From NCBI GenBank assembly GCA_020137815.1, contig CM035352.1, positions 5,022,001-5,086,000 of the forward strand: 64,000 bases of DNA, in the 5' to 3' direction. The notes beneath the pieces are model-generated. The model saw only the letters and a list, made by a program, of their open reading frames with translations. It was not told where the DNA came from and did no database searches. Shown piece by piece: positions 61,601-64,000 of this stretch. The first letter of the stretch is position 1. Every line of letters starts with the position of its first letter. Source of the stretch: Hormiphora californensis. Its lineage: Eukaryota > Animalia > Ctenophora. Made by a program: the position numbers and the translations under genes.

Positions 61601-64000
61601 GAACCACTCTCCAGAAAGTTGGCCTACAAATCAATGTACAGGGTGTCCCACTGTCTTTGCATCACCTGCGATTTTGGGTCATGACCGGGCCCCATTAAAC
61701 TAACCAAAACTGATCGAAAAATTGGTCAAAATGGTTCTAACAAAAACCAGTGTTCTAGAGAATTGTCTGGCGAACATTTTGGTTGCAAGATTGACTTTCC
61801 AAGTCTTACCAATCGTCAGATATATCGTCGTAAAGTCAAAATTACGTGTTCATGAAATCCGACCGGGGTTCACGTTTTGAAAAATTCACAAGTGCAAAGT
61901 TGCTCGGATCACATTGCATCCCTCATAAGAGTTGTAGGAAATTGTCTGGCGGTCATTTTGGTACCCGGGTTTTTGTCCTAACTCAATGTTTAGAGTGTCT
62001 TATGACTGTCTAAAGACGAAATTCAACCAGCATTTTTGAGGGGATCACGTGTCCTCAACAAATGGGTAAAATGATTTGAAATTTACAAGAGCTTCATTGG
62101 AATCGTCTAAGGTTCATCTTGATACCATGGTTTTTTTCCATAGCTCTACGTTTAAGTTGCGTTATGACTGTAGGAACATGAAGATTTTTCTATGCTGAGT
62201 CTTAGTTGGTATCGGCTCACAACCCCTAATTAGGTGGCTCGGTGTCGTGTGTAATCCCATGATAATCAGCACATATCGTCTCAATTTCATCTAGACACTT
62301 GACAGGGTTGTTATGACGATTTGGCAAGGCCCCTGTTAATGTGTAGGATACGCAAGTGGTCTATATCAACCCTATCATGCACTAAGATGTTATTCAAGCA
62401 GCTATGAGCTTCATAACAGGGCAAAATGCAATGCGATACCTGAAACCACTTTTGGGAAAATTCCAGTTCTGACAGTCATAAGACATTCTAAACATTGAGC
62501 TAGGATAAAAACCCGGGTACCAAAATGACCGCCAGACAATTTCCTACAACTCTTATGAGGGATGCAATGTGATCCAAGCAACTTTGCACTTGTGAATTTT
62601 TCAAAACGTGAACCCCGGTCGGATTTCATGAACACGTAATTTTGACTTTACGACGATATATCTGACAATTGGTAAGACTTGGAAAGTCAATCTTGCAACC
62701 AAAATGTTCGCCAGACAATTCTCTAGAACACTGGTTTTTGTTAGAACCATTTTGACCGATTTTTCGATCAGTTTTGGTTAATTATTATAATGAGATCTGA
62801 TCAGGATTAAATAGGGAGGAAACTAGAAAAATATCTGGCGAGGGCCGGGCTCGAACCGACAACCTCTGCATTACATGTACATTGCTCTAACCTATTGAGC
62901 TACCTCGCCTACAATTTATCTACATTTCCTCTCTCTATATCACTGATCATGCCCTTAGATATTGCAGCTGTAACTCATATAGGAACAAGATAGATAGTAT
63001 CTTCACTCGCTGCATTCTCACGTTTCTCTCTTTTCTCACACAACACGCCCTACTGTACAACAGTGAAGGGGAAACATACAGCGGGCAGATCTCAGGGTGG
63101 AAGGGTCATTTGTTAATTATTATAATGAGATCTGATCAGGATTAAATAGGGAGGAAACTAGAAAAATATCTGGCGAGGGCCGGGCTCGAACCGACAACCT
63201 CTGCATTACATGTACATTGCTCTAACCTATTGAGCTACCTCGCCTACAATTTATCTACATTTCCTCTCTCTATATCACTGATCATGCCCTTAGATATTGC
63301 AGCTGTAACTCATATAGGAACAAGATAGATAGTATCTTCACTCGCTGCATTCTCACGTTTCTCTCTTTTCTCACACAACACGCCCTACTGTACAACAGTG
63401 AAGGGGAAACATACAGCGGGCAGATCTCAGGGTGGAAGGGTCATTTGTTAATTATTATAATGAGATCTGATCAGGATTAAATAGGGAGGAAACTAGAAAA
63501 ATATCTGGCGAGGGCCGGGCTCGAACCGACAACCTCTGCATTACATGTACATTGCTCTAACCTATTGAGCTACCTCGCCTACAATTTATCTACATTTCCT
63601 CTCTCTATATCACTGATCATGCCCTTAGATATTGCAGCTGTAACTGTGTGAGAAAAGAGAGAAACGTGAGAATGCAGCGAGTGAAGATACTATCTATCTT
63701 GTTCCTATATGAGTTTTGGTTAGTTTAATGGAGCCCGGTCATGACCCAAAATCGCAGGTGATGCAAAGACAGTGGGACACCCTGTAGTATCCACTATCCA
63801 CTTTATTTATTGCTTATTATTCTTATAGATATGCTTATTCCCACATAGTAGTATCCACTGTAATTATTGCTTATTCCCACCACCCAGGTCGAGTTAGATC
63901 TGAACAACATGACAGAGTTGGCACCTGCTGAGGAAGACCCTGAGGAAACACCACCCCAATACCTGCCTAGCTTTACTATTGACATTACCAAGTCTCAGGT
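58681..64000 (+). CDS. C1QBP: Mitochondrial acidic matrix protein p32/MAM33 (C1QBP); exons 58681-58816, 61306-61460, 63888-~64000; continues beyond the right edge
   Basis: Not visible in the ORF track. Spliced translation: MSALRAALRPVCRMVAG...SRRFLSQ/DSALVSALSNEIQHEDGAGSAPTLPGELSEFKYTMQGASIILSKQFQDEKIA/VELDLNNMTELAPAEEDPEETPPQYLPSFTIDITKSQ. This is a transit peptide plus the MAM33 N-terminal pattern, and exon phases match. Confidence 0.8.
58858..61020. mobile_element. 2.16-kb foldback made of two head-to-head 3' ends of a Chapaev-like transposon; 4-bp TSD CCAC
   Basis: CCAC|CACGGTG...CACCGTG|CCAC. Arms 58858-59904 and 59975-61020 look identical in reverse complement. Each arm encodes a transposase C-terminus. 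Confidence 0.85.
59984..60296 (+). pseudogene. Chapaev-like DDE transposase C-terminal fragment (mirror copy at 59581-~59895 on the - strand)
   Basis: YRSAIQEFRDCLSTLRAYYGTSTTTKFHIIEEHLEEFIDYNLGRPLGMFSEQELENAHSSWNALWSNYKV...YNASHV*: a K-x-H-x4-H ... LG-x2-SEQ-x2-E-x2-H motif around the catalytic glutamate. Confidence 0.75.
61118..61218. mobile_element. hAT-like MITE
   Basis: GTGGTGTC|CAGGAACCGACC...GGTCGGTTCCTG|GTGGTGTC (8-bp TSD). Confidence 0.88.
62836..62909 (-). tRNA. tRNA-like gene, anticodon TGT (Thr-like, atypical), copy 1
   Basis: GGCGAGG TA GCTC AATAGGTTA GAGC A ATGTA CATGTAA TGCAG AGGTT GTCGG TTCGAGC CCGGC CCTCGCC A: full cloverleaf with A/B boxes and a T5 terminator 4 nt downstream. 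It has A33 and an A27:G43 mismatch. Confidence 0.65.
63171..63244 (-). tRNA. tRNA-like gene (TGT), copy 2
   Basis: Identical to copy 1 by eye. Confidence 0.65.
63506..63579 (-). tRNA. tRNA-like gene (TGT), copy 3
   Basis: Identical to copy 1 by eye. Confidence 0.65.

Larger units (their letters stand above)
62781..63711 (-). mobile_element. Tandem 335-bp tRNA-containing retroposon-like insertion (2.6 units plus an inverted 5' segment), 11-bp TSD
   Basis: Units start at 62781, 63116 and 63451. TSD AGTTTTGGTTA at 62770-62780 and 63712-63722. 63645-63715 is the inverted continuation of the unit. Confidence 0.85.
61639..63784. mobile_element. Non-autonomous Tc1/mariner-type element with ~370-bp TIRs; right TIR interrupted by the tRNA-like array
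   Basis: TA|CAGGGTGTCCCACTGTCTTTGC ... GCAAAGACAGTGGGACACCCTG|TA. 61639-62010 pairs with 62471-62780 plus 63712-63784. Confidence 0.88.

Noticed and set aside
62781-63645. Hammerhead, HDV or twister ribozyme in the 335-bp unit
   Set aside because: Only CTGATCA (not CTGANGA) and a simple GCCC..GGGC hairpin were found by eye, with no complete catalytic core. An Infernal search would be decisive.

Overview
Eukaryotic (animal) genomic DNA with short GT-AG introns. It is probably a non-bilaterian marine invertebrate such as a ctenophore; this is inferred from gene style and cannot be proven here. Genes read from sequence: a tight minus-strand cluster HTATSF1 > ACADM > TUBGCP5 > MTOR (MTOR runs off the left edge); a GRK2/3-type kinase (-) hosting an antisense nested Shaker-superfamily K+ channel with a non-canonical pore and gate; intronless DCAF4 and CASP (-); and a plus-strand mitochondrial pair SHMT2 > C1QBP (C1QBP runs off the right edge). 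Introns and intergenic DNA are dense in DNA-transposon derivatives. Several are kb-scale foldbacks with clean target-site duplications (TSDs): Chapaev-, Academ-, Transib/EnSpm- and Tc1/mariner-like. pogo-like and hAT-like MITEs are also present. Most notable: (1) a recently inserted 335-bp tandem array carrying a tRNA-like gene, with an 11-bp TSD, an AAT tail and a 5' inversion, i.e. hallmarks of retrotransposition; (2) a splice acceptor just upstream of almost every start codon plus 150-400 bp intergenic gaps, suggesting trans-spliced operons; (3) a head-to-head duplicated Chapaev 3' end that appears to have moved as a palindrome; (4) an ORF1-only retroposon; (5) recurrent local duplication of exon-intron junctions. 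There is a 100-N gap at 47559-47658, and 47659-49300 and ~55500-58500 are low-quality sequence. Exon boundaries were read by eye and may be off by a few bases.
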